This document shows, piece after piece, positions 55,308 to 64,000 of a stretch of DNA of 64,000 nt. The stretch comes from Pseudomonadota bacterium (lineage in GTDB: Bacteria > Pseudomonadota > Gammaproteobacteria > JAKAQQ01): the NCBI GenBank assembly GCA_027320085.1, contig DAHVLZ010000036.1, positions 44,403 to 108,402 on the forward strand, given 5' to 3'. The position numbers and the translations under genes are program-made. The notes under the pieces are model-generated. The model was given only the letters and a program-made list of their open reading frames with translations, did not search any database and had not been told where the DNA came from. Position 1 is the stretch's first letter. The number at the start of each line of letters is the position of its first letter.

Positions 55308-55810
55308 GGCTTCACCCGGAGTTGGTCTTTGGAGAGGCCGCGTCGTGCAGCAATCGACTTAGGCGACTCAAGACCGGTGAGCGCCGCCATGGTGGCTCGA
55401 ACCACGTTGATTGGATTCCTGGAACCCATGGCTTTGGCCAAGACATTGCGCACTCCCAAGACTTCAAGCAAGGAACGCATAGCACCACCGGCAATGATCC
55501 CGGTTCCTTCAGAAGCCGGCTGAAGATACACCCGCGTGGCCCCATGGCGACCGTGGACCGCATAATGCAGCGTGCCTTGGTTGAGTGGGATCTTCAAGAG
55601 ATGACCCCGGGCTTCTTCCATGGCTTTTTGGATGGCGAGCGGAACTTCACGGGCCTTGCCGTAGCCGAACCCAACGCGCCCACGGCCATCACCAACCACG
55701 GTAAGGGCGGCGAAACCGAAGCGACGCCCACCCTTGACCACTTTGGCCACCCGGTTGACAGCTACCAGTTTCTCTTGGAACTCACTCGTTTCCGCAGTCT
55801 CTCGTGCCAT
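55304..55810 (-). CDS. rpsE: 30S ribosomal protein S5
   Basis: [20 protein letters not shown]. Confidence 0.98.
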   Translation of the reverse strand: MARETAETSEFQEKLVAVNRVAKVVKGGRRFGFAALTVVGDGRGRVGFGYGKAREVPLAIQKAMEEARGHLLKIPLNQGTLHYAVHGRHGATRVYLQPASEGTGIIAGGAMRSLLEVLGVRNVLAKAMGSRNPINVVRATMAALTGLESPKSIAARRGLSKDQLRVKP

Positions 55811-55828
55811 GTACGCTCCGACTATCAA

Positions 55829-56206
55829 CTAAAACTGGAGGCCGCCGGACCGGGCCCCTTCTGCCAGAGCCCGAACACGACCGTGATATTTGAACCCAGA
55901 CCGATCAAATGCCACCCGGTGGATACCCGCGGCAACCGCACGTTCGGCCAAAAGCCGACCGACCCGCTCAGCGCGTGCAGTCTTCGGGGTGCCCGGGGAC
56001 CAAGAATCTCTAACCTCGGGCTCAAGACTTGAGGCCTGGACCAAGACCCGTGCCCCCTCTGGGGTGAAAATCTGGGCGTAGATATGGTTCGGCGTACGGA
56101 ACACGGTGAGCCGCATCGCTCCTTGTCGAGCAATCCGGGCACGGGCACGGCGTGCTCGCCGCAGACGAGATGGCTTTTTTCCGGAAGGGGTAATCTTCAG
56201 GGTCAT
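55829..56206 (-). CDS. rplR: 50S ribosomal protein L18
   Basis: [26 protein letters not shown]. Confidence 0.98.
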   Translation of the reverse strand: MTLKITPSGKKPSRLRRARRARARIARQGAMRLTVFRTPNHIYAQIFTPEGARVLVQASSLEPEVRDSWSPGTPKTARAERVGRLLAERAVAAGIHRVAFDRSGFKYHGRVRALAEGARSGGLQF

Positions 56207-56736
56207 TTCTTCTTTGTCTCCTTCAGTTTGAGCAACTCGCCCGCGTATCGGACACCCTTCCCCTTGTAGGGATCGGAGCGCCGCAGCGACCGAATCTCCG
56301 CTGCCACTTGGCCAACCCGTTGCCGATCGCATCCCTTGATCATGATTTCGGTCTGAGACGGTGTCTCGATCGTAATCTCTGGCGGTATCGGATAGACGAC
56401 CGGTTTGGAATACCCCAGCGTCATTTGCAGGTTCCGCCCCTGGACTTGGGCACGGTAACCCACCCCAACCAGTTCGAGTCGACGCTCAAACCCCCGGCTT
56501 ACCCCTTCAACCATGTTGGCGACAATCGCCCGGATCGTTCCGGAGAGGGCTCTGTTCTGCCGGCTGGAACCTTGCACCGCAATGGAGAGCATGCCTTCGG
56601 CCCGTTCAAACCCTAAAGCTGGAGGGCACTCCATAAGCAACCGACCCCGAGGGCCTTGGATGGCCACGGACCGGCCCTTGAGTTCGACCGAAACCCCCTT
56701 GGGAATCGGAATAGGACGTTTTCCGACCCGGGACAT
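56203..56736 (-). CDS. rplF: 50S ribosomal protein L6
   Basis: [24 protein letters not shown]. Confidence 0.98.
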   Translation of the reverse strand: MSRVGKRPIPIPKGVSVELKGRSVAIQGPRGRLLMECPPALGFERAEGMLSIAVQGSSRQNRALSGTIRAIVANMVEGVSRGFERRLELVGVGYRAQVQGRNLQMTLGYSKPVVYPIPPEITIETPSQTEIMIKGCDRQRVGQVAAEIRSLRRSDPYKGKGVRYAGELLKLKETKKK

Positions 56737-56768
56737 TTATTGACCCCCCCCGTTCAATCCAGATGGCA

Positions 56769-57164
56769 TCAGGAAACAAGACACAGGATTTCTCCCCCTT
56801 CGCCGATAACCCGTGCTTGGCGATCACTCATAACACCCCGAGAAGTCGAAATAACAGCCACGCCGTAGCCATTCTGGACCCGGGGCAGGCGACGCCGATC
56901 ACGGTAAACCCGCAATCCCGGACGGCTCACACGCCGCAGCAGGCGGATGGCTGGTTGACCCTCGTGATACCGCAAGCGGATCTTGAGGAGCGGAATCGGC
57001 CCATCGTTGCGTTCGTTGACCTCATCAAGATAGCCTTCCTCCTTGAGGACACGCGCCACTTCCCGCTTAAGCCGTGAAGAAGGCAACTCGACTTCCGCGT
57101 GCCCAGCACGCTGGGCATTCCGGATCCGTGTCAAAAGATCAGCCAAGGGATCGGACATCGTCAT
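56769..57164 (-). CDS. rpsH: 30S ribosomal protein S8
   Basis: DPLADLLTRIRNA, SRPGLRVY, STSRGVM. Confidence 0.98.
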   Translation of the reverse strand: MTMSDPLADLLTRIRNAQRAGHAEVELPSSRLKREVARVLKEEGYLDEVNERNDGPIPLLKIRLRYHEGQPAIRLLRRVSRPGLRVYRDRRRLPRVQNGYGVAVISTSRGVMSDRQARVIGEGGEILCLVS

Positions 57165-57173
57165 CGTCTTCTC

Positions 57174-57479
57174 CTACCAGCTGGCCTTGCGGAGGCCGGG
57201 AATATCTCCGCGCATGGCCAGTTCCCGTAGGGCGGAACGGCCCAATCCGAATTTACGGTACACCCCCCGTGCGCGCCCAGTCATCGAGCAGCGCCGCCGC
57301 TGGCGGCACGGACTACTGTCCCGGGGTAAGCGTGCTAACGCATCAACTGCGCTCCGGCGCTCATCAAACGTGAGCTTGAGATCGCGCGCCGCTTTTTTCA
57401 GCGCATCTCGCCGGGCCTGCAAACGCAGAGCCTGTTTTTTGCGTTTGAGCTCACGGTTGATCATTGATTTCTTGGCCAT
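57174..57479 (-). CDS. rpsN: 30S ribosomal protein S14 (long, zinc-independent form)
   Basis: MAKKSMINRE, LPRDSSP, PGLRKASW; 101 aa. Confidence 0.98.
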   Translation of the reverse strand: MAKKSMINRELKRKKQALRLQARRDALKKAARDLKLTFDERRSAVDALARLPRDSSPCRQRRRCSMTGRARGVYRKFGLGRSALRELAMRGDIPGLRKASW

Positions 57480-57495
57480 CGGTCCCCCCGTTCAC

Positions 57496-58035
57496 CTAAT
57501 TCCGGAACGGAAATGAAAATGCCTTGAGTAATAGCCGGGCCTCATCATCGGTCCGGGCAGTCGTTGTGAAGTTGATATCAAGTCCGCGCAGAGCATCAAT
57601 CTTGTCGTAATCGATTTCTGGGAAAATGATCTGTTCGCGGACGCCTAGGGTATAGTTCCCCCGTCCGTCGAAGGCACGCGGGTTGAGCCCCCGGAAATCA
57701 CGTATCCGTGGGATTGCAACCTGGATCAGGCGATCCAAAAACTCGTACATGCGCTCGCGGCGGAGGGTCACCTTGCAACCAATAGGCCACCCTTCGCGGA
57801 CCTTGAAACTGGCAATCGACTTGCGGGCGTGTGTCACCACCGGCCGCTGGCCGGTGATGGCCGAGAGATCGGAGACGGCATGGTCGATAATCTTCCGGTC
57901 GCCGGTCGCTTCACCCACTCCCATGTTCAGGGTGATCTTGCTGATGCGGGGGACCGCCATGCGGTTCGCATAGCCGTGCTCGCGCATCAAACGGGGCACG
58001 ATCTCCTGTTCATACTGTTCTTGCAGGCGGTTCAT
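57496..58035 (-). CDS. rplE: 50S ribosomal protein L5
   Basis: [26 protein letters not shown]; ATG 58035 after GAGG. Confidence 0.98.
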   Translation of the reverse strand: MNRLQEQYEQEIVPRLMREHGYANRMAVPRISKITLNMGVGEATGDRKIIDHAVSDLSAITGQRPVVTHARKSIASFKVREGWPIGCKVTLRRERMYEFLDRLIQVAIPRIRDFRGLNPRAFDGRGNYTLGVREQIIFPEIDYDKIDALRGLDINFTTTARTDDEARLLLKAFSFPFRN

Positions 58036-58045
58036 GGGATTCCTC

Positions 58046-58360
58046 TCAGGCATCCACCGACTCGCCGGTTGAACGGAAGAAACGGACCTTGCGGCCGTCT
58101 CCGAGCTTGCGGTAACCGATACGGGACGGCTTCTTTTCGACTGGATTGTAAATCATGACGTTCGAGACGTGCAGCGCAGCCTCACGCTCGACAATCCCCC
58201 CTTGGGTATTGGTATTGGGGTTGGGCTTAAGGTGTTTTTTGACCATGTGAATCCCCTCGATCCACACCCGGTCATCCGCCACTCGCAGGACGATGCCCCG
58301 TCGCCCCCTGTCCCGACCGGCGATCACCACGACTTCATCCCCCTTTCGGACTCGTTTCAT
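58046..58360 (-). CDS. rplX: 50S ribosomal protein L24
   Basis: [23 protein letters not shown]. Confidence 0.98.
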   Translation of the reverse strand: MKRVRKGDEVVVIAGRDRGRRGIVLRVADDRVWIEGIHMVKKHLKPNPNTNTQGGIVEREAALHVSNVMIYNPVEKKPSRIGYRKLGDGRKVRFFRSTGESVDA

Positions 58361-58370
58361 CGAACGCTCC

Positions 58371-58739
58371 TCACAGGACTTCAGGTGCCAACGACACAAT
58401 GCGCATGAACCGCTCGGTCCGGAGTTCGCGCGTCACGGGCCCGAAAATGCGTGTGCCAATGGGTTCTTGCTTGTTGTTGAGCAGGACCGCCGCATTGGTG
58501 TCGAAGCGGATGAGAGAACCGTCCGGCCGACGGATCCCACGACGGGTCCGCACCACCAGTGCATCGTAGACCTCGCCCTTCTTGACTTTCCCCCGCGGCA
58601 TAGCCTCACTGATGCTGACCTTGATAATGTCCCCGATACCTGCATAACGGCGCTTTGATCCGCCCAAGACCTTGATGCAACGCAGCTGCTTGGCTCCGCT
58701 GTTGTCTGCCGAGGCCAGCACCGTTTCCATCTGGATCAT
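58371..58739 (-). CDS. rplN: 50S ribosomal protein L14
   Basis: [22 protein letters not shown]. Confidence 0.99.
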   Translation of the reverse strand: MIQMETVLASADNSGAKQLRCIKVLGGSKRRYAGIGDIIKVSISEAMPRGKVKKGEVYDALVVRTRRGIRRPDGSLIRFDTNAAVLLNNKQEPIGTRIFGPVTRELRTERFMRIVSLAPEVL

Positions 58740-59023
58740 GACGCCCTCCCTCCGACGGTATCCTCATGCCCGATGACCGCCTCGACACTCCAGCTTTTCC
58801 GCTTTGAAAATGGCCGACATTCACGGATGCGGACGAGATCTCCTGCCATCACCTTGCCACTTTCATCGTGCGCCATGATCCGGGTCCGGCGCCGGATGTA
58901 CTTGTGGTACTTGGGATGGCGAACCTGCCGCGCGAGCTCGATCACCACTGACTTTGACCTCGTAGCGCGAATTGCTCGTCCGGTCATGACGCGGCCCCGA
59001 TCTGCTGAAACTTCATTCATCAT
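58736..59023 (-). CDS. rpsQ: 30S ribosomal protein S17
   Basis: [28 protein letters not shown]. Confidence 0.97.
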   Translation of the reverse strand: MMNEVSADRGRVMTGRAIRATRSKSVVIELARQVRHPKYHKYIRRRTRIMAHDESGKVMAGDLVRIRECRPFSKRKSWSVEAVIGHEDTVGGRAS

Positions 59024-59220
59024 GAACCATCCCCCCGGAGACGTTCGTTCAGGACCGTCAGGATCCGTGCTGCCTCACGCCGTGATTTCCGGAACTCATG
59101 TGGTTTGCCCATCTGGCCAACACCTCGTTCGATCCGCAGCTTGGTCAAGCCCCGCTTTTCCGCGGCCAATGCCTCTGTCAGTTCCGCCGTTGTCTGGGTA
59201 CGACGTTCTTTCATGTTCAT
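59020..59220 (-). CDS. rpmC: 50S ribosomal protein L29
   Basis: 66 aa, [10 protein letters not shown]; position between L16 and S17. Confidence 0.92.
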   Translation of the reverse strand: MNMKERRTQTTAELTEALAAEKRGLTKLRIERGVGQMGKPHEFRKSRREAARILTVLNERLRGDGS

Positions 59221-59633
59221 CCGAGCACCGTCCGCATCACAAATTGGGTTCGAATCGGCAACTTGGCAGCAGCGAGACGCAGAGCCTCACGGGCAACCTC
59301 CTCGGTAACCCCCTCCATTTCGTATAAGACAAAGCCTGGACGGATCCTCGCAGCCCAGTATTCCACGTTGCCCTTTCCACTTCCCATCCGGACCTCGAGC
59401 GGCTTGCGTGTCACGGGAACATCCGGGAAGACCCGGATCCATATTTTCCCGCCACGCCGGACATGGTGCGTAATTGCTCGACGGGCGGCCTCAATCTGGC
59501 GGGCCGTCACCATTCCTGCTTCGGCTGCTTTGAGGCCGAACTCGCCAAAGGCCACGGTATGGCCGCGAGTCGCGACCCCCCGGTTGCGGCCCTTCTGCTG
59601 CTTGCGAAATTTGCTTCGCTTCGGCTGTAACAT
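59217..59633 (-). CDS. rplP: 50S ribosomal protein L16
   Basis: [21 protein letters not shown]. Confidence 0.99.
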   Translation of the reverse strand: MLQPKRSKFRKQQKGRNRGVATRGHTVAFGEFGLKAAEAGMVTARQIEAARRAITHHVRRGGKIWIRVFPDVPVTRKPLEVRMGSGKGNVEYWAARIRPGFVLYEMEGVTEEVAREALRLAAAKLPIRTQFVMRTVLG

Positions 59634-59649
59634 GGTTCGGCTCTCGCTC

Positions 59650-60321
59650 CTAGGACGTTCCGGTTTCCGCAGCCGCTGGTGCCACTACCGGTTCAATCAG
59701 CTCTCCCTTGAAGATCCAGATCTTGATGCCAATCGTGCCGTAGGTGGTCTTGGCTGTAGCCTGCCCGAAATCAATATCGGCTCGCAGAGTGTGCAATGGA
59801 ACCCGGCCCTCGTGGTACCACTCGCTCCGGGCAATTTCCGCTCCGTTGAGTCTCCCCGAGACCCTGACTTTGACACCCTGTGCCCCAGCGCGCATGGCTG
59901 AAGTTACCGCGCGACGCATGGCTCGCCGGAACATGATGCGGCGCTCGAGCTGATCGGCGATGCTTTGGGCAACTAGAGTTGCGTCGAGCTCCGGCTTGCG
60001 AACCTCCTGGATATGAAGGTTCACCTCGCTGCCCTGGAGGCGACCGGCCAGATCACGTTCCAGTGCGGCAATTTCTTCGCCACGCTTACCAATCACCACG
60101 CCTGGTCTGGCCGTATGCAGCGTGACCTCGCACTGGTTTCCTCGCCGCAGGATTTCAATACGGCTTACGGCAGCCTGGGCCAACCGACGTCTCAAGTGCT
60201 CGCGGATCTCGGCGTCCGTCCGGAGCTGGCTGACGAAGGCCTTTCGTTCGGCGTACCAACGGGAATTCCATTCGTTCGAGATGCCGAGCCGAAAACCGAT
60301 CGGATTGACTTTCTGCCCCAC
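59650..60321 (-). CDS. rpsC: 30S ribosomal protein S3
   Basis: [26 protein letters not shown]. Confidence 0.99.
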   Translation of the reverse strand: MGQKVNPIGFRLGISNEWNSRWYAERKAFVSQLRTDAEIREHLRRRLAQAAVSRIEILRRGNQCEVTLHTARPGVVIGKRGEEIAALERDLAGRLQGSEVNLHIQEVRKPELDATLVAQSIADQLERRIMFRRAMRRAVTSAMRAGAQGVKVRVSGRLNGAEIARSEWYHEGRVPLHTLRADIDFGQATAKTTYGTIGIKIWIFKGELIEPVVAPAAAETGTS

Positions 60322-60323
60322 GG

Positions 60324-60656
60324 CTAACCCCCTACCTGAACGGTAATGTGGCTCGTGCGCTTGATGATGACATTTGACCGACCACGGGCGCGGGCGTGAA
60401 AACGCTTGAGTCGCGGACCCTCGTCGACTTGGATCCGGGTAACCTTGAGCACATCCACATCAGCTCCTGTGTTGTTTTCGGCGTTGGCAATCGCCGATTC
60501 CAAGACCTTCAGCACCACTCGGCAGGCAGCCGGGTGGCCGAAGCGAAGAATTTCAACCGCTTGAGCTACCGGCTTGCCACGAACCAGATCAGCCACCAAA
60601 CGTGCCTTCTGCGGAGAAACCCGAGCATAACGGTGGGAAGCAATTGTGTCCGTCAT
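60324..60656 (-). CDS. rplV: 50S ribosomal protein L22
   Basis: [28 protein letters not shown]. Confidence 0.98.
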   Translation of the reverse strand: MTDTIASHRYARVSPQKARLVADLVRGKPVAQAVEILRFGHPAACRVVLKVLESAIANAENNTGADVDVLKVTRIQVDEGPRLKRFHARARGRSNVIIKRTSHITVQVGG

Positions 60657-60659
60657 GGC

Positions 60660-60953
60660 TCAACCCGTCTTCCCGGCTGGCTGCGGTGTCTTCTTGTCTG
60701 CTGGATGCCCCTTGAAAGTCCGGGTCGGAGCAAACTCGCCGAGCTTGTGGCCCACCATGTTTTCGGTCACGAGAACGGGTAGATGCTGGCGCCCGTTGTG
60801 GACAGCGAGGGTGAGCCCTACCATCTCGGGAGTCACCATGGAACGGCGCGACCAAGTCTTGATGGGCCGCTTGTTATGGCTTGCACCCGCCTCGGCTACC
60901 TTGCGGGCGAGGTGGGGATCAACAAAGGGTCCCTTGCGGACGGATCTCGACAT
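60660..60953 (-). CDS. rpsS: 30S ribosomal protein S19
   Basis: [26 protein letters not shown]. Confidence 0.99.
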   Translation of the reverse strand: MSRSVRKGPFVDPHLARKVAEAGASHNKRPIKTWSRRSMVTPEMVGLTLAVHNGRQHLPVLVTENMVGHKLGEFAPTRTFKGHPADKKTPQPAGKTG

Positions 60954-60968
60954 GTCAGGAACCTCGGT

Positions 60969-61793
60969 TTATTTGACCTGGCGCCGGCGGACGATCAGAC
61001 GGTCGGTCCGCTTGTTATGGCGCGTCTTGTAACCCTTGGCCGGCTGCCCCCAAGGTGACTGTGGGTGATTGCCCTTGCCTCTTCCCTCACCACCGCCGTG
61101 GGGGTGATCAACCGGGTTCATCGCGACCCCACGCACTGTCGGCCGAATACCCCGGTGCCGCTTGGCTCCCGCCTTCCCGTACGACTCGAGGTTATGCTCC
61201 AAGTTGCCGACTTCCCCGATCGAGGCCCGGCATTCGACAGGAACCTTCCGGAGTTCGCCCGAACGCAATCTCAGAGTGACAAGATGACCCTCGCGGGCAA
61301 TGAGCTGGGCGCTGGCACCAGCACTACGGGCCAGTTGAGCCCCGCGTCCGGGTTTGAGTTCGATGGCATGGACCTGTGAGCCGACCGGAATGTTGCGCAG
61401 GGGTAAACAATTACCCGGCCGAATCGGCGCTTGGTTGCCCGACACAACGGTATCGCCCACACCAAGGCCTGCTGGCGCAAGAATGTAGCGACGCTCACCA
61501 TCCGGGTAGAGAATGAGAGCTAGGTTGGCGGTCCGGTTGGGATCGTACTCAATCCGCTCCACGCGGCCTGGAATGGTGTCTTTGTTTCGCTTGAAATCAA
61601 CGATCCGGTAGCGACGCGCATGACCCCCACCGCGGTGCCGGAGGCAGATCCGCCCGAGGTTGTTGCGTCCACCCTGCTTTCGGATAGGCTCAAGCAGGGA
61701 CTCGCACGGCTCACCGCGATAAAGTTCCGGAGTCACCACTTTCACGGCAAAACGCCGGCCCGGCGAGGTCGGTTTTGGCTTGATCAGCGCCAT
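60969..61793 (-). CDS. rplB: 50S ribosomal protein L2
   Basis: [25 protein letters not shown]. Confidence 0.99.
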   Translation of the reverse strand: MALIKPKPTSPGRRFAVKVVTPELYRGEPCESLLEPIRKQGGRNNLGRICLRHRGGGHARRYRIVDFKRNKDTIPGRVERIEYDPNRTANLALILYPDGERRYILAPAGLGVGDTVVSGNQAPIRPGNCLPLRNIPVGSQVHAIELKPGRGAQLARSAGASAQLIAREGHLVTLRLRSGELRKVPVECRASIGEVGNLEHNLESYGKAGAKRHRGIRPTVRGVAMNPVDHPHGGGEGRGKGNHPQSPWGQPAKGYKTRHNKRTDRLIVRRRQVK

Positions 61794-61824
61794 GACGTTT
61801 CTCCTGCGAAACGGGGATTATTCA

Positions 61825-62139
61825 TCATGGGGTTTCGACGCCTCCACCGAGATCGAGATTTTGACCAGGCGCAAGGCACACGTAGGCCTTTTTGTACCCC
61901 GCCCGCCAGCCGGCTCGGCCTCCATGACGTTTTGTCTTCCCCGGCTGGTTGAGCAGAGTAACCCGCGCAACCTGGACACCGAAAAGCGTCTCGATAGCCC
62001 GGCGGACATCGGTTTTGCTGGCCGCTGAGCGAACCCTAAAAACATACTGCCGGTGGTCACTCGCCAGTCGGGTGGCTTTTTCCGTCAGGTGGGGTCCAGC
62101 AATGAGATCCATGGGTTGAGGTGACTTCTTTATGTTCAT
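61825..62139 (-). CDS. rplW: 50S ribosomal protein L23
   Basis: PHLTEKA, FGVQV, KKAYV. Confidence 0.97.
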   Translation of the reverse strand: MNIKKSPQPMDLIAGPHLTEKATRLASDHRQYVFRVRSAASKTDVRRAIETLFGVQVARVTLLNQPGKTKRHGGRAGWRAGYKKAYVCLAPGQNLDLGGGVETP

Positions 62140-62744
62140 GTCAGCCGAGCCTCAAGCTGCTTCCAGGCCGGTACCGTCATCAGGACCTTCTCATAGCGCA
62201 AAAGATCGATGGGATGCAGCCGCGTCAGGGGACAAAGTTCGGCCCACGGCAGATTACGCGAGGCCAGATCCAACCTTTCGTCAAAGGCTTCGGTGACGAT
62301 CAGGACATTCGCCAGCTGGTAATCCTTGAGCCGAGCGACCAGTTCCCGTGTTTTCGGTGCTTCCAGCTTGAGCTCTTCAACAAGCAGGAGGCAGTTTTTC
62401 CGGATCAGTTCACCCACAATACTGCGGAGGGCTCCGCGGTACATACTGCGATTGACCTTCTGGCTGTAGTCACGCGGAGCCGCCGCAAAAACCCGACCAC
62501 CACCCCGCCACAATGGACTGCGGATGCTTCCAGCACGAGCCCGACCCGTGCCTTTTTGGCGCCAAGGCTTGCGCCCACCTCCACGTACCTGAGCCTTCGA
62601 TTTTTGTGCTTTGCTACCTTGCCGCCCAGCCGCAAAATAGGCCGTAACTAGCTGGTGGACCAGCGGCTCGTTGAAAGGAGCTTCAAGCCGTCCCTCGGCA
62701 ATCTCCATTTCGCCACCGGCGTCGCCCAAAATCTTGAGCTTCAC
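62136..62744 (-). CDS. rplD: 50S ribosomal protein L4
   Basis: [25 protein letters not shown]. Confidence 0.99.
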   Translation of the reverse strand: MKLKILGDAGGEMEIAEGRLEAPFNEPLVHQLVTAYFAAGRQGSKAQKSKAQVRGGGRKPWRQKGTGRARAGSIRSPLWRGGGRVFAAAPRDYSQKVNRSMYRGALRSIVGELIRKNCLLLVEELKLEAPKTRELVARLKDYQLANVLIVTEAFDERLDLASRNLPWAELCPLTRLHPIDLLRYEKVLMTVPAWKQLEARLT

Positions 62745-63403
62745 GAGACAACCTCCATCCGTCTCGACTTGACCGCCGGGGCAACCACTACGGTCGTTCC
62801 CGGAGCACCCGGAACCGCGCCGCCTACAAAAAGAAGCCCCTTGCTCTCGTCAATGCGCAATACAGGCAGGTTCTGGATTCTTTGAAAATCATGGCCAAGT
62901 CGACCAGCCATGCGCTTGCCCTTGAAAACCCGGCCGGGAGTTTGCCGCTGTCCGATGGAACCTGGCGCACGGTGCGAGAGCGAGTTGCCGTGGGTTGCAT
63001 CCTGGCTCGAAAAATGATGCCGCTTAATCGTGCCCGCAAAACCTTTGCCCCGCGTGAGACCCTGCACGTCAACTTTCTGGCCAGCACTAAAAATCGCAAC
63101 CGAGAGAACCTGCCCGGGTGCATAACGGGCGGCATCCTCAGCCCCGATCCGCCATTCATGCAAACCGGCCGCTGGCTCAACACCCGCCTTCGCAAAATGA
63201 CCGGCCATGGCTTTCCCCACCCGTACAGGTCGACGCCGGGGGCCGTGTGCCACCTGAACGGCCGCGTAGCCGTCAGTTGTTGGGCTTTTGACCTGGGTGA
63301 CGGCGTTGTTCTCGACCTGAATGACCGTCGCCGCAATCACGGCACCGGTTTCGGTGACAAAACGCGTCATGCCGCACTTGCGGCCGATCACGCCAATCGT
63401 CAT
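62741..63403 (-). CDS. rplC: 50S ribosomal protein L3
   Basis: [34 protein letters not shown]. Confidence 0.99.
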   Translation of the reverse strand: MTIGVIGRKCGMTRFVTETGAVIAATVIQVENNAVTQVKSPTTDGYAAVQVAHGPRRRPVRVGKAMAGHFAKAGVEPAAGLHEWRIGAEDAARYAPGQVLSVAIFSAGQKVDVQGLTRGKGFAGTIKRHHFSSQDATHGNSLSHRAPGSIGQRQTPGRVFKGKRMAGRLGHDFQRIQNLPVLRIDESKGLLFVGGAVPGAPGTTVVVAPAVKSRRMEVVS

Positions 63404-63469
63404 GGCGACTTTTCCTCATCTCACACCGATTGCGATTGACCGGTGCATGAAAAACCTAGTGAACCGGAG

Positions 63470-63498
63470 ATTATACGGTTTTCACTCGATTAAATCAA
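63470..63498 (-). promoter_or_regulatory. sigma70 promoter between rpsJ and rplC
   Basis: Minus strand TTGATT-N17-TATAAT in the 140-nt rpsJ-rplC gap. Confidence 0.75.
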
Positions 63499-63543
63499 TG
63501 GGGCTCTGAACCGCCGCTTCTGTCCCTGCGCCCACCCCAAGCC

Positions 63544-63858
63544 TTAGTTGAGCTGGATTTTGACATCCACTCCGGCTGCCAAGCTGAGCTTCATGAGGGA
63601 GTCGACTGTTTTTTCAGTGGGCTCAACGATATCAATCAGCCGTTTATGGGTCCTGAGCTCGTATTGGTCGCGTGCGTCCTTGTCCGCGTTTGGCGCCACC
63701 AGCACGGTATAGCGTTCGTGACGAACCGGCAGGGGAATGGGGCCCATGACTTTGGCTCCACTACGTTTTGCAGTATCTAGAATTTCCCGGGCTGCCTTAT
63801 CGATCAGGCGGTGATCAAACGACTTGAGCCGGATACGGATGCGTTGTTGCTGTGGCAT
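63544..63858 (-). CDS. rpsJ: 30S ribosomal protein S10
   Basis: [26 protein letters not shown]; ATG 10 nt after the tuf stop. Confidence 0.98.
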   Translation of the reverse strand: MPQQQRIRIRLKSFDHRLIDKAAREILDTAKRSGAKVMGPIPLPVRHERYTVLVAPNADKDARDQYELRTHKRLIDIVEPTEKTVDSLMKLSLAAGVDVKIQLN

Positions 63859-63868
63859 GTGCGCTTCC

Positions 63869-64000
63869 TCAGGCGAGGACTTTGCTGACGACGCCGGCAC
63901 CCACGGTATGGCCGCCTTCGCGGATCGCAAACCGCAGACCCTCTTCCATCGCCACCGGTGAAATCAGTGTCACTACCAGCTTCGTATTGTCCCCGGGCAT
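63869..64000 (-). CDS. tuf: Elongation factor Tu, C-terminal fragment (truncated by window edge)
   Basis: Read by hand: [43 protein letters not shown]. Confidence 0.97.
   Translation of the reverse strand: MPGDNTKLVVTLISPVAMEEGLRFAIREGGHTVGAGVVSKVLA

Noticed and set aside
61818-62060. 80-aa ORF overlapping rplW, suggesting a frameshift
   Set aside because: rplW is intact in its own frame.
1-64000. CRISPR array, tRNA/rRNA genes, IS elements, prophage or integrase
   Set aside because: No regularly spaced repeats, cloverleaf or rRNA sequence, or transposase/integrase motifs were seen; almost all space is explained by recognisable genes.
63869-64000. EF-Tu REGGHTVG instead of REGGRTVG
   Set aside because: Single substitution also seen in other bacteria; no functional claim can be supported.

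Overview
Core chromosomal region of a GC-rich (~60%, by eye) gammaproteobacterium; taxonomy and a probable acidophilic lifestyle are inferred, not proven. From left to right: the 3' end of an NCS1 permease; a ~10 kb type IVb pilus operon (two TcpQ/PilL-like genes, pilNOPQRS, pilM, pilV) with no conjugation, integrase or shufflon genes, ending in an orphan Cys-rich secreted protein; anmK; rpoH with a CIRCE operator; an aa3-type cytochrome c oxidase cluster that lacks cox11 and has both acidic Mg/Mn-site ligands changed to amides; bioBFHCD with a BirA operator; a YVTN beta-propeller surface protein; two Hsp20 genes behind a sigma32 promoter; a GT2 enzyme; uvrD, a DUF71 enzyme and an FAH hydrolase; a degenerate GGDEF-EAL-CZB protein; lptM-polA followed by a ~105-nt sigmaE-type sRNA with C-rich loops; a sulfotransferase plus flippase-like pair; cytochrome c4; a LysR-controlled dioxygenase/YceI/WrbA/DLH cluster; gmhA, a glcD-like oxidase and uvrA; and the alpha/spc/S10 ribosomal protein cluster up to the 3' end of tuf. 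The best candidates for new biology are the domesticated T4b pilus with a putative secreted cargo, the post-polA sRNA, the Mg-site-less A1 oxidase and the sulfotransferase/flippase pair. All calls come from reading the sequence and recognising motifs; no database searches were run.
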